From NCBI GenBank assembly GCA_965200965.1, contig OZ241744.1:3040001-3104000 (forward strand): a DNA stretch of 64,000 nucleotides. Direction: 5' to 3'. Under the pieces are notes generated by a model, which had not been told where the DNA came from, searched no databases, and worked only from the letters and a program-made list of their open reading frames with translations. The position numbers and the translations under genes are program-made. This DNA is from an uncultured Candidatus Binatia bacterium (GTDB taxonomy: Bacteria; Desulfobacterota; Binatia; Bin18). Positions 40,109 to 49,909 of the stretch are shown here, one piece after another (position 1 is the first letter of the stretch; each line of letters opens with the position of its first letter).

Positions 40109-41632
40109 TCAGGGGACAGAGAGCGCCAGGCGAAAGCCCAGGTAGCTGTCCCGGTCGTCCGGCTCACCAACCCCGCGAAATGTCGCCCGGCACTGGTCAG
40201 CGGAATGGGCTAGGCCGCCGCCGCGAATCACCCGATATTTGCCCTCCGGAGGACCCTGGGGGTCGCGCACAGGTTCGGACGGGTAGGCCCCATACCAGTC
40301 CGCCACCCACTCCCACACATTCCCGTGCAGGTCATACAGGCCCCAGTCGTTGGGTTGCTTGCCGCCCACCGGGTGGGACTCTCTTCCAGAGTTGGCCTCG
40401 TACCAGGCATACGTCCCTAAGCGCCGGTTTATATTCCCAAAGTGGTAGGCAGTCTGCGTTCCGGCCCGGGCTGCGTACTCCCATTCCGCTTCGGTCGGCA
40501 GCCGGTATAATGCCCCTTCCTCCTGGGCGTTCAGCCTCCCAATAAAGGTCTGAACATTCTCCCACGACACACGCTCGACCGGGCACATGAAGCAGTTGGA
40601 GAAGCGCGACGGATTACTGCCCATCACTTGGCGCCACTGGGCTTGAGTCACTTCGTATTTTCCCAGATAAAACGCCCGGCTGATCGTCACTTGATGGACC
40701 GGCTTTTCCCCCGGAGCGCCGTCGTCGGCCCCCATCTGAAACTCGCCCGGCTGAATACGCACAAACTCCATGCCGAGGCTGTTGGTGAACTCGGGACTCA
40801 TGGCGAAGGTGGCCCGCTCACGGACCGCCCGTTCGGCCATCTCGCGTTGTCGTTGGACCGCTTCCGCCTCAGCTTCCCGTTGCCGGCGCGCCTCCTCGGC
40901 CGCGGCCTGTTGCCGGCGTGCTTCTTCCGCCGCGGCCTGCTCCGCGGCTTCCCGTTGCTGGCGCGCCTCTTCGGCCGCGGCCCGCTCGGCCGCTGCGCGC
41001 TGTCGTTGTGCTTCTTCGGCGGCCGCCTGTTGCTGGCGCGCTTCTTCGGCGGCCGCTTGCTCGGCCACCTCCTGTTGTCGGCGCTGTTCTCCGGCCCGCT
41101 CTGCGGCCTCCCGCTCGCGCTGTTGCTCTTCGGCCCGCAGACGCTCTGCGGCCTCCCGCTCGTACTGCTCGGCTGTCCACGCCTGCGCTATCAGCCTGTC
41201 GGCCTGGGTGCGTGTCAAAAAGCCCGTCGCTTCAAAGCCCTCAGCCGCCTGCCATGCCTGCAAGGCATGTCGGGTGGCCGGCCCGAACAGCCCGTCTGCC
41301 AACTCCACCGAGTAGTTGAGCGACACAAGCCCCCGCTGGACCCTGACCCGCTCCTCCCGGTCCAACCCCAGCCCCCATTCCAGACATATCCGGGCCGCGG
41401 CCACATACGCCCCGTTTGGGTAGATTCGCAGATAGGCCTGCACCTCGTCCTCTCTCTCACAATTCACGCTGCCCCAGAAGGCATCCTCAATCTCCCGCCC
41501 GGCTTGACCTCGAACCACAGTCGGCACAACTAGCGGCAACACCAGCAGCAACAGGAGAATCATCCCGCCGCCTGTCCATCGAGCCCGCCGGCCACGCTGC
41601 CGCGCATCGCATCTCGCTGTTGACCCCGCCAT
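40109..41632 (-). CDS. Secreted protein: peptidoglycan-binding domain, EAAR-rich coiled coil and FGE-sulfatase (SUMF1) domain
   Basis: DGLFGPATR PG-binding motif; F.MG, EVTQAQW, RLPTEAEWEYAAR, GLYDLHGNVWEW, GFRL. Confidence 0.9.
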   Translation of the reverse strand: MAGSTARCDARQRGRRARWTGGGMILLLLLVLPLVVPTVVRGQAGREIEDAFWGSVNCEREDEVQAYLRIYPNGAYVAAARICLEWGLGLDREERVRVQRGLVSLNYSVELADGLFGPATRHALQAWQAAEGFEATGFLTRTQADRLIAQAWTAEQYEREAAERLRAEEQQREREAAERAGEQRRQQEVAEQAAAEEARQQQAAAEEAQRQRAAAERAAAEEARQQREAAEQAAAEEARRQQAAAEEARRQREAEAEAVQRQREMAERAVRERATFAMSPEFTNSLGMEFVRIQPGEFQMGADDGAPGEKPVHQVTISRAFYLGKYEVTQAQWRQVMGSNPSRFSNCFMCPVERVSWENVQTFIGRLNAQEEGALYRLPTEAEWEYAARAGTQTAYHFGNINRRLGTYAWYEANSGRESHPVGGKQPNDWGLYDLHGNVWEWVADWYGAYPSEPVRDPQGPPEGKYRVIRGGGLAHSADQCRATFRGVGEPDDRDSYLGFRLALSVP

Positions 41633-41842
41633 CAATTCACATATCCTTTCCGAACCTGGGACCCTGGGCAGGAAGGTGGATGTTGTCAGCTCATGTTTTC
41701 GCCGACATGGGGGGTTATTCAACGCACGCCGGCCAGAAATGTCAAGTGACATGCACGGTGTATGAGTGACGCTGGCGAGGAGAGGGAGCAAGCAAAGCCG
41801 CGGGACCTTGGCCACTTCTGGATGTCCTGGCACTCGGGGTCC

Positions 41843-43217
41843 TCAGGGAGAGCGCGCCAGGCGGAAGCCCAAGTAATAGTTGCGAATACCGGGCGCATCG
41901 CTGTTCCGAGAGGCAGCGGAGAGAAGATGGGCGGGTCCGGTCCAGCCTCCGCCCCGGGAGATGCGGCGGATGCCGGTAGCGGGGCCGACGGGGTCGGTGA
42001 CTGCACCCGCGGGGTAGGGCCCATACCAGTCACCGACCCACTCCCAGACATTCCCGATCATGTCATACAGGCCAAACGCATTCGGCTGCTTTTCCCCCCG
42101 GGTGCGAGCCACAGCGCGAGGAGTCATACTGCTTCTCGGGCCACCGGTGACACCGCACCCCCCCCCGGTAGGAGACCCCGCTGTTGCCCCCATACCAGGC
42201 GATCGCATTCAGGCCCGGCGCGTTGTTCCAGCCTTGCAGGTTCAGGTCCCCGGTGTACACCGGGGTCTCAGTCCCGGCTCGGGCCGCGTACTCCCACTCG
42301 GCTTCGGTCGGCAGGCGATACCGCGTCCCTCCTTCCAAGGCGTTCAGCTTCCCGATAAAAGCCTGGACCTCCTCCCAGGATACGTTCTCGACCGGGCAAT
42401 TCGCACCACAGTTGGAGAGCGCCGATGGGTTGTCTCCCATGACCGCCTGCCACTGACCCTGCATGACTTCGGTTTTTCCCAGATAGAAAGGCTGGCTGAT
42501 CGTCACCCGATGGGCCGGGCCTTGACCCGGCCCGCCGTTGTCGGTCCCCATCTGAAACTTGCCCGGCGGAATGAGCATAAACTCCATGCCGAGGCTGTTG
42601 CTGAACTCGGGTGCCAGGCTTTCCAGGAGTGCCCGTTGCTGGCGCTGCTCTTCGGCCTGCCGGCGCGCTTCTTCTGCGGCCGCCCGCTGGCGCTGTTCTT
42701 CTGCCTGCCGCTGCCGGCGCGCTTCCTCAGCCGCCGCTCGTTCCTGGCGGACCTGCTCGGCTGCCGCCCGTGCCGCGGCTTCGCGCTCCTGCTCTTGTGC
42801 TACCGCTGCCCCGCCCTGTGCTATGAGCACATCCGCTTGCTCCCGGGTCAAATAACCGGTCGCCGCAAAGCCCTTCTGCCCCTGCCAGAGCCGCAGGGCC
42901 GACCGTGTTGTCGGCCCGAACAGCCCGTCTGCCGGGCCCATCGGGAAGTCCAGCGAAGCCAGACCCTGCTGGATCGTGATACGCGCCTCCCGGTCCAAGT
43001 CTGAACCACGCTCCAGACAGCCAGCCGCTTCTGTTACATAGGCCCCATCCGGGAAGGTCTCCAGATAGAGCTCCATGTCCTCGGCGTCCTCACACGCCAC
43101 ACTCCGCCAGAACGCGGCCTCTACTTCCTCCTCGGTCTGGGCACCGACCGGACTGGGCAGCATCAGGAGGAGCAGGGCCCCCACAAGGATGGTGCTGTTC
43201 GGGCTTTGCGCTGGCAT
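41843..43217 (-). pseudogene. Paralogous PG-binding/coiled-coil/FGE protein, frameshifted at a G6 run
   Basis: Same architecture; the frame breaks at SHP-GG (42094-42099) and KQPNAFGLYDMIGNVWEW continues in another frame. Confidence 0.85.
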
Positions 43218-43238
43218 GGCTGAACATCCCTCCCTGTC

Positions 43239-44528
43239 TTACTCAGCCAGTTTTCTTTCGGCCAGCTTGGTCAAGGGGCTGTCCGGGTGGCGATCGATGA
43301 ATTGTCTGTAGGATTCGGGCGTATCAATCTTCTGCGCTTCCTTCCAATCGGTGAGGGCGTTGGCGGTCGTCGGGTCGGGTGGCGCGCTTCTCAGCGCCGG
43401 CCTGGACTGGTCTGTAGAGTCAGCGCCGATCATGCTGGCCAAGTCTGGATAGAGCAGCCACAGCCCGGATCCGAGGACCACCGCCCCGACCACGGCCAGC
43501 GCCGCTTTCGAGACAAGGCCAAACCCGCCGGCCGGGGACAAGACAGGCGGCTTCTTCGCGGCAGCGGCGTCCGGGGTCGGATGTGGGGACGATGCCGGGA
43601 CGGGAGGCGGGGCTGTCGCGCCGTTGCCCCCAAGGAAGGCTTCCTGCCAGGCCGCGATGGTCTGTGGTCGGTCTTCTTCGTTGACTCGGATGGCCCAGTC
43701 TATGGCCGCCAGAAAACCGGTGTCATACGTCCCTTTGCCCACTTCAGCCGCGGGGGTCAGGTCCTGATCGCCTTTGCGCTGAGCGCGCGCCCGCGTCACC
43801 GCGTCGTGCAACTGCAATTCGGCATCGCCGAGGCCGCTCAGGCACCGATAGGCCACCATCCCCAGCGCGTACAGGTCACTCCACGGCCCAACATCGTCTT
43901 CACTGCTGCCGTACTGCTCAATTGGCGCATAGCCTGGGGTCAGGATTGAGTTGATGCTTCTCGACCGCTGCTCAACCGCCGAGCGGGCCGCGCCAAAGTC
44001 CACCAGGACCGTGCTGCCGTCCTGGCGCAGCATGATGTTGCTGGGCTTGATGTCCCGATGCACATAGCCCACCGCATGGACATCCTCCAGCCCGTCCAGC
44101 ACTTCGGCGATAATGCGTTGCAGATGCCCGCTCGGCAGGGTGGGATATTTGCTCAGCAGGTGGCTCAAGGTCTGGCCGTCAATATATTCCAGCACCAGGT
44201 AGGCCGTGCCGTTGGCCTCAAAAAAGCGGTACACTTTGTTCAGGTGCGGGTGGTCAAAGCGGGCCAGGATGCGTGCCTTGGCCAGGAAGCCTTCCAGCCC
44301 CCAGCGGTAGTCTGTGGCCGCGGCATCGGAGTGGGGTGTCACCGAGCCGCCGGCGACACGGGTGGCAAAGTCGCGCGGCAGGTATTCCTTGAGTGCCACA
44401 GGTTTGTTGAGATGGGTGTCGTCGGCCAGATAGGTGACGCCAAAGCCACCGTGACCGAGCACATCCCGGATCTCGTATTCCTCTAAGCGGGTCCCTGTTG
44501 GCAGGGCGTTAATGTATTCCATGATCAT
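43239..44528 (-). CDS. Hanks-type Ser/Thr protein kinase with C-terminal TM (possibly inactive)
   Basis: GHGGFG, VALKE, HRDIKPSN, DFG, YAPIE; alphaC Glu appears replaced by Lys (FLAKAR). Confidence 0.9.
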   Translation of the reverse strand: MIMEYINALPTGTRLEEYEIRDVLGHGGFGVTYLADDTHLNKPVALKEYLPRDFATRVAGGSVTPHSDAAATDYRWGLEGFLAKARILARFDHPHLNKVYRFFEANGTAYLVLEYIDGQTLSHLLSKYPTLPSGHLQRIIAEVLDGLEDVHAVGYVHRDIKPSNIMLRQDGSTVLVDFGAARSAVEQRSRSINSILTPGYAPIEQYGSSEDDVGPWSDLYALGMVAYRCLSGLGDAELQLHDAVTRARAQRKGDQDLTPAAEVGKGTYDTGFLAAIDWAIRVNEEDRPQTIAAWQEAFLGGNGATAPPPVPASSPHPTPDAAAAKKPPVLSPAGGFGLVSKAALAVVGAVVLGSGLWLLYPDLASMIGADSTDQSRPALRSAPPDPTTANALTDWKEAQKIDTPESYRQFIDRHPDSPLTKLAERKLAE

Positions 44529-44762
44529 TTCCCTCGATGAAATGCACAGTTGCCGCCCGTGCGGCCGCTGAACTCTTGGCCATGCACCTGGCAGCCGCCG
44601 ACCTCAGCCGACCGATGGAGCCAGATTTCATACAGCAGAACGCATGGGGACACCTAATGCAGAGCAGTCGGAAATGTCAAGCTACACAGAGCGGAGGGAG
44701 AGCCGGTCAAAGGGACGCAACGCTCAGCCGCATATCGCATGGTCAGGACATCGCCGCTGGTG

Positions 44763-46419
44763 CTAATGGCCGATGCGCACCCTCAGTTCGAGATCGCCGA
44801 GTTGGAGGTGGCTGGCGTCGTCAAGTGGCTGGGGCTGACCCGGTTCGGCTGGCTGACCGTTGAGCTGCGTGCCGTTGGTTGAGCCGAGATCCTCAATCAT
44901 AATCCGCCCCGAGGCCAGGAAGAGCCGGAAGTGCCGGCGGGAGACCTGTTCATGGTTGATGACAAAGGTCGCTTCCGATGGGTTTCTGCCAACGATGGCA
45001 CCCGGCTGGTCAACCAGGGAAGCGCCGGGGATTTTGAGGGCCACAGGTGGCCTTGTGCCTTCAAGGAACATGTCCGGCGCGCTGCTGCGCAGTCGGTCCC
45101 GGGCCGATACCTCGGACAGCGCGGACTGCATCCGGCGCGTTGCGGCTTCTGCGGCACGCAGCCGGCGGCGCTTGCTCCACAGCGTCCCAAGAATGCCGAT
45201 CAGCAACAGCCCGCCGATAATGGACGCAGAGCGCAGTGTCCGACGGTGTTGCTGCCGGGCTTCCCACTCCAACCGTTCTGCGGCTTCCCGGTCGCGTTGC
45301 AGGGCGGCTGATCTCTCCTGGGCCACGCGCTCGGCCGTGGCGCGTTCCTGGGCCGTGCGTTCGGCCTCTTCATTTTTTTGTTGCAGGGCCGCGGCGGTTT
45401 CCTGAGCTTGCTGTTCGGCGGCGCGTGTGGCCTGCCCAGCAGCTTCTTTTTCCTGCTGGGCAGGCCGGACTCTCTGGGCGGCCGCGGCGCGCGCACATTG
45501 CAGGGCTTGGACCTGTTCCTGCCGGGCTTGCGCTAGCTGCCGGCGCGTTTCTTCTTCGAGGCTCGGGCATTCGGTCTCGATCAGCGGCAGGGACAGACTG
45601 ACCGAGGCCAGCACGCGGCCCACCGGGGCTGAGGTCAGCGACCGGGCACTCCCGTGCTGCCTGGGATCAAGATTGTCCTGACCTGACGCTTCGTCTACTG
45701 CGTCAAGCAGGGCGCGGGCGAGTCCGCGGGCGTCGGTCCCCCGCTGTGCGTTCAGGCCGCTTATCCGCGCCTCAGACAGGACCTCAAGGCCGTCGCTGGC
45801 CAGCAGCACCACGTCATCGGCTTTGAGCCGATAGCCGTCCGCGGCGATCTCGACCAGGGGCAGATCACGGCCGGTAATGGCCGACCGTAGATGATGCGCC
45901 CGAGGGTCTGCCAGGGCCTCTTCTCGGGTCATCCTGCCGAGTTCAACCAGATCAAACAGCAGCGGGCGCATGGAGTGATCTTCGTTCAGCCGTCGCAGCT
46001 GGCCGGCCCGGAACAGCCACAGCCCGGAATCGCCCATGCTGGCCCAGTACAGGCGTTGGCCTGGCACCAGGGCGGCCACCAGGGTCGAGCCCATTTCCGC
46101 CAGAGCGGCATCGGACTGCTGTTTCGCTCTGACCGCGGCGTTGGCAGCCTCAACGCCGGCCCGCAGGTTGGTCGCAACCTCAGCCGCGGCCCGGCGAAAG
46201 CCGGTCCAGAACGCCTGCACGACCGTGTCGCTGGCCACCGCCCCCCCCGGCGTGGCCGCCCATGCCGTCGGCCAGCACCAGCAGCAACCGGTCGCTGGCC
46301 GACCGCTCGCCGGCCAGCAGGGTCAGCGCGAAATTGTCTTCCTGATAGTCGCAGCCACCGCGGATCTGCTCGCCGGCTACCCACTGTTCTACGGCATTCC
46401 ACCATGCTCTAGTGTTCAT
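44763..46419 (-). pseudogene. PP2C phosphatase fused to coiled-coil/TM/FHA segment, frameshifted at G8
   Basis: YQED, ADGMGGH, frameshift at 46241-46248, GDS, ASDGL, QDN; then TM and FHA (GR...SRRH...DLGSTNGT). Confidence 0.85.
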
Positions 46420-47055
46420 AGTCTTCCCAGCCGAACCGCTCGCCACACAGCGGAACGAACAACAGAACGGTCCCGCCAATGGTTATTGTGGAAAATCCTG
46501 GCAGCGCGGTCGGGACGAGCACGGGGACATCGCCCAGATACGTCAGGTTCTTACCGCCGCCGTGCTGGAGATAGAACTTCCTGCCCTTGGGGTCATAGGT
46601 GACGACGCATGACGGCGGCGGGAAATCATCCGGTCGCCAAAATCAATACAGACCTGTTCGCCGCGGTCCCGGCCAATGGGGCTCATGCCGTGGCCAAGGG
46701 TGACAGTCCGGCCCTGGCCCAGCCCCCGGACCACCACCAGCCAGCCCACCGGCGGATCGTCCATTGCCGAGGCTGCGCCTTGGGGTGGATGCGCTGCGGC
46801 TGACTTGGCACCGGGCCGGTAGATGCGGGTCAGGTCGGTGGGACTGTCCGCGGCGACTTCGCGTTCCCGGCTGCCGATGCGCCGGGACCTGGCGATCACC
46901 GTTCTGGCCTCATAGCCCGACGGCTCAGGGGCTTCAGTGCCCGCGGAGGGTTGGTACGCCCGGCCACGCCCTCCCTTGGGCTGAAACTCGTCCTCAAAGG
47001 AAGCGCGTGTCTTTTTCTCAATGCCCTCTCGGTCTGGCCCAGGTTTTACCCGCAT
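46409..47055 (-). pseudogene. FHA-domain protein, 1-bp deletion near 46606
   Basis: PVGWLVVV.G..G...IGR...ISRRRHA, then in another frame VTYDPKGRKFYL...FVPLCGERFGW. Confidence 0.8.
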
Positions 47056-47329
47056 ACTCCCTCCTGTGACAGGTGAATCAGTTCATCCAGGCAGTAGCGT
47101 CAGATGCCATATGGCGATGCTTTGCTTCATCAGGCTTTGCCTTTAATCGGATTTTTGCCCAATGCAACAGCTTCGCCGGTCTCCTGATTAGGGGCGACAC
47201 GGTGGCCGGCGTCCAGTTCTCTTCCTGCGCTGATCCTGTGCTAGCGTCCGTCTTCGTCAACGAAGACAGCTTGATGTTTGCGCGGTCGGTGGCGAACCAG
47301 AGCGACGAAGGCCAGTGTCGACCAACAGT

Positions 47330-48481
47330 TCATGTTGTCAGCGACAGCACGTCCCGGTAGCGGGCCACAAAGCGCCGATCGATCCAGTCCTTGAGCCGCC
47401 ATGCCGGGCGGCTATGCGATACCAGCCGCTTATAGCGCAGCAGCGCCCTGCCGTCCGCGGTGTTCAAAATTGATAAGAAGCTGGCCTGCGGCCTGTAGCA
47501 CGGGGCCGACCGACCGTACAGCTTGGCCGCCAGACTGTCCCACAGCACCGGGCCTTGGCGGACCGCGTACACGCCGGCCTTGGGGGTGCAGGGGTAAGCG
47601 GCCAGGCTGGCGCAGTCACCCACGGCGAACACCCGCCCATCGTCAAGCGCGCGCAGGCTGTCCGTGACCAGCAGAAAGCCTCTGTCGTCCAGCGACAGAC
47701 CACAGTTGTCGAACACCGCCGGCGGTGCCGGCCCGCTCAGCCAGACGGTCAGCCGGGCCGGCAGCGAACGGCCGTTGTCCAACTCGACCGCCTCGGTATG
47801 AACGTGGCGCACGCGCTGGCCGGTATACACCGCAATGTTTCTACGGGTAAGAATCCGCCCGGCTCGGCGGCGAAACGCGGCCGAGTAGCCGCCCAGCATG
47901 GTGGCTGCCGCCTCAAACAATGATACCTGATGGATCCGGTTGGCCCGCCTCAGCACGGCCTCAAGCGCACACGCCATCTCAAAGCCGGCCGGTCCGCCGC
48001 CAACCACCGCAATACGGCACACACCGGCGTTCTGTTCCTGTGCCAGGGCCTCAATGCGCCGCCGCAACTCAAGAGCCTGAGAGAAGGGCTTGAGCACAAG
48101 CGCGTGGCGCTTGACCGCCTCGGCCCCCGCGGCTTGGGAGCCAAGGTTGAACGAGACCAGGTCGTAGGCAACCGGCTCGGCCCCGGCCAGCCGCACCGTC
48201 CGCCGGGTCGGCTCAAGCCCCAGTGCCTCGGCCCTGATAAAGCGCCCGTTCGCCCGCCGTGTCAGGGCGGCGACCTCAATCCTGATAGCCTCTTGCGGGT
48301 ATATACCGGCCACATAACCGGGCAGCATACCCGAGTAGTGCTGGTCGTCATCCAGAGAAACAACGGTCAACTCGACATGCGGCAGAGGGTTGAGGATGCA
48401 CCGCCGCAGCACTTCGAGATGGGCGTGGCCGGCTCCGACAAGGACGAGGCGGGTGGGTTCGGGGCCGGCCTTGTCCTGCAT
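47330..48481 (-). CDS. FAD-dependent oxidoreductase (NDH-2-like; resembles the N-terminal domain of fused SelD)
   Basis: LVLVGAGHAH, YSGMLPG, VVGGGPAG, FAVGDCA, PKAGVYAVRQ, LKDWIDRRF. Confidence 0.85.
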   Translation of the reverse strand: MQDKAGPEPTRLVLVGAGHAHLEVLRRCILNPLPHVELTVVSLDDDQHYSGMLPGYVAGIYPQEAIRIEVAALTRRANGRFIRAEALGLEPTRRTVRLAGAEPVAYDLVSFNLGSQAAGAEAVKRHALVLKPFSQALELRRRIEALAQEQNAGVCRIAVVGGGPAGFEMACALEAVLRRANRIHQVSLFEAAATMLGGYSAAFRRRAGRILTRRNIAVYTGQRVRHVHTEAVELDNGRSLPARLTVWLSGPAPPAVFDNCGLSLDDRGFLLVTDSLRALDDGRVFAVGDCASLAAYPCTPKAGVYAVRQGPVLWDSLAAKLYGRSAPCYRPQASFLSILNTADGRALLRYKRLVSHSRPAWRLKDWIDRRFVARYRDVLSLTT

Positions 48482-48488
48482 GTCTGAC

Positions 48489-49583
48489 TCAGCGCTTCCT
48501 CGGCTCCAGACCCGCAAACCACGGCAACACCAGCTCTGCGTTGATGCTCGACGTATAGGCGTGCCCCCAGTCGGGCAGTTCTTTGTAGGTCGCCTTGTAG
48601 CCGATGTGGCGGAGCAGCTCATAGCCCTGCCGGATCGTGGCCACCGGGAAAATAAAGTCGTGGACGCCGTGGACGATGTAGATCGGCAGGTCTTGGCCCT
48701 GCTTGCGGCGCAGCATGGGGTCAAGCATGGCGTGAAAGTCGCCGGCAATCGGGGCAATGCCGGTAAACAGGTCCGGCCGGCTCAGGCCGAGCAGGTAGGT
48801 GAAGGTTCCGCCGTCGGACAGGCCGGACAGATAGACCCGACTCCTATCAACCGTATAGGCGGCGACCACTTCCTCGAACATCCTGGTGATCGAATCGACA
48901 TCGATCTGCGGTTGGAGGACCGCCCAAGTCACATCCACGGACTTGGGCGACAGCAGCAGATAGCCTTTGCTCTTGGCCGGCCGCAGCCAGGACCAAATAT
49001 AGTCCTCGCCGCGGCCGTAGCCACCGTGCAGACAGATAATCAGGGGCCATTCTTTGTCCGGGCTGTAATGCTCAGGCACATACAGGGAATAGGCCGCGTG
49101 GGCGTCGGTGCGCTTGGTGTGCATCAGGCCGACCGGTACCTCGGCCTCGGGTGCCGGTGTTTCCAGGGCGTCTCGATGCGCCAGCGCTTCGGGCAGCAAC
49201 CAGTACTCCTGGAGGGTCGGGGTGTGGGCCCGGATGTCGTACAGCAGGTTCATCGCCTTGCACAAGGCCCAGCGGCTGTGCAAAAAGGCCGCCGAAAAAT
49301 CTTTGCCGGCCGGCTTCAAAAATGCCTCGGCGGCGTTGCCGCACTGGACGAGAGCGGCACTCAAGGTCGCGTGAAACCCGGTCAGCGAGTCCGGGGGCGA
49401 AAGCGCGGCCAACTCAGCACTCAGGGTCGAGAACATATCGCCTGTCACCTCCTGGAGCCGGGCCTGGGAGTTGCCGGTATCGCCGAAGTGAATATGCTCT
49501 TGAATTGACTCGAACGTTCGCAGGAAACGGAGCAGTTGCTCCTCAGCCGCCCCGATGGCCCGGAGGTAGTGTTCGTCTGCCAT
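48489..49583 (-). CDS. Phospholipase/carboxylesterase with N-terminal helical extension
   Basis: LHGGYG, GLSDGG, HGVHD, GHAY. Confidence 0.85.
   Translation of the reverse strand: MADEHYLRAIGAAEEQLLRFLRTFESIQEHIHFGDTGNSQARLQEVTGDMFSTLSAELAALSPPDSLTGFHATLSAALVQCGNAAEAFLKPAGKDFSAAFLHSRWALCKAMNLLYDIRAHTPTLQEYWLLPEALAHRDALETPAPEAEVPVGLMHTKRTDAHAAYSLYVPEHYSPDKEWPLIICLHGGYGRGEDYIWSWLRPAKSKGYLLLSPKSVDVTWAVLQPQIDVDSITRMFEEVVAAYTVDRSRVYLSGLSDGGTFTYLLGLSRPDLFTGIAPIAGDFHAMLDPMLRRKQGQDLPIYIVHGVHDFIFPVATIRQGYELLRHIGYKATYKELPDWGHAYTSSINAELVLPWFAGLEPRKR
48939..48967. repeat. 29-bp exact direct repeat, copy 1 (copy 2 at 51388-51416)
   Basis: ggacttgggcgacagcagcagatagcctt at both positions. Confidence 0.9.
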
Positions 49584-49849
49584 CTCGCCCTCCCTTGTTG
49601 CAGTTTGCAGGCAGGACCCTAGCAGCCGAGCGAGTCCAGCCGCAAGAGTTAGCGCAGGCGCTTCCTGGCCGACCGTCGTCTCCCGGAACGCTGAGGCGCG
49701 GCTCAGCCGCCCTGCCCGGCTGTGTGGGTCTCCATGCTTGCTCTCTTCCCATGTCAGGAACACAGACCGGCCGGGGTAAATGGGGTGTGGAAAATCAGAA
49801 CAATAGGACCTTACACCGCGGACAAACTCGCGTCCTAGTGTTAAGTTGC

Positions 49850-49902
49850 TAGGGGTGAAGGCTTGTCGCCCGTCCTAGGGCAACGTGGGCGGCTTTTCTG
49901 GG
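49850..49902. repeat. ~53-bp imperfect direct repeat, copy 1 (copy 2 at 51498-51550)
   Basis: Identical 18-bp core ctagggcaacgtgggcgg plus similar flanks taggggt...gcccgt and ...tttt..ggg. Confidence 0.8.
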
Positions 49903-49909
49903 CTGTCCG

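Noticed and set aside
40860-41160. EEARQQ/AAAE repeats as a separate repeat element
   Set aside because: Explained as the coding coiled-coil stalk of the FGE protein.
40109-43217. Diversity-generating retroelement targeting the two FGE (C-type lectin fold) genes
   Set aside because: No reverse transcriptase or template repeat seen; the C-termini differ broadly, not only at adenines. A trans-acting DGR elsewhere cannot be excluded.
47060-47330. Short ORFs between the FHA gene and the oxidoreductase
   Set aside because: No coherent frame or motif; likely degraded remnant.
47330-48757. Full selenophosphate synthetase, or the 475-aa ORF as given
   Set aside because: Only the FAD domain is present; the 5' extension overlaps the esterase gene, so the start was placed at 48481.
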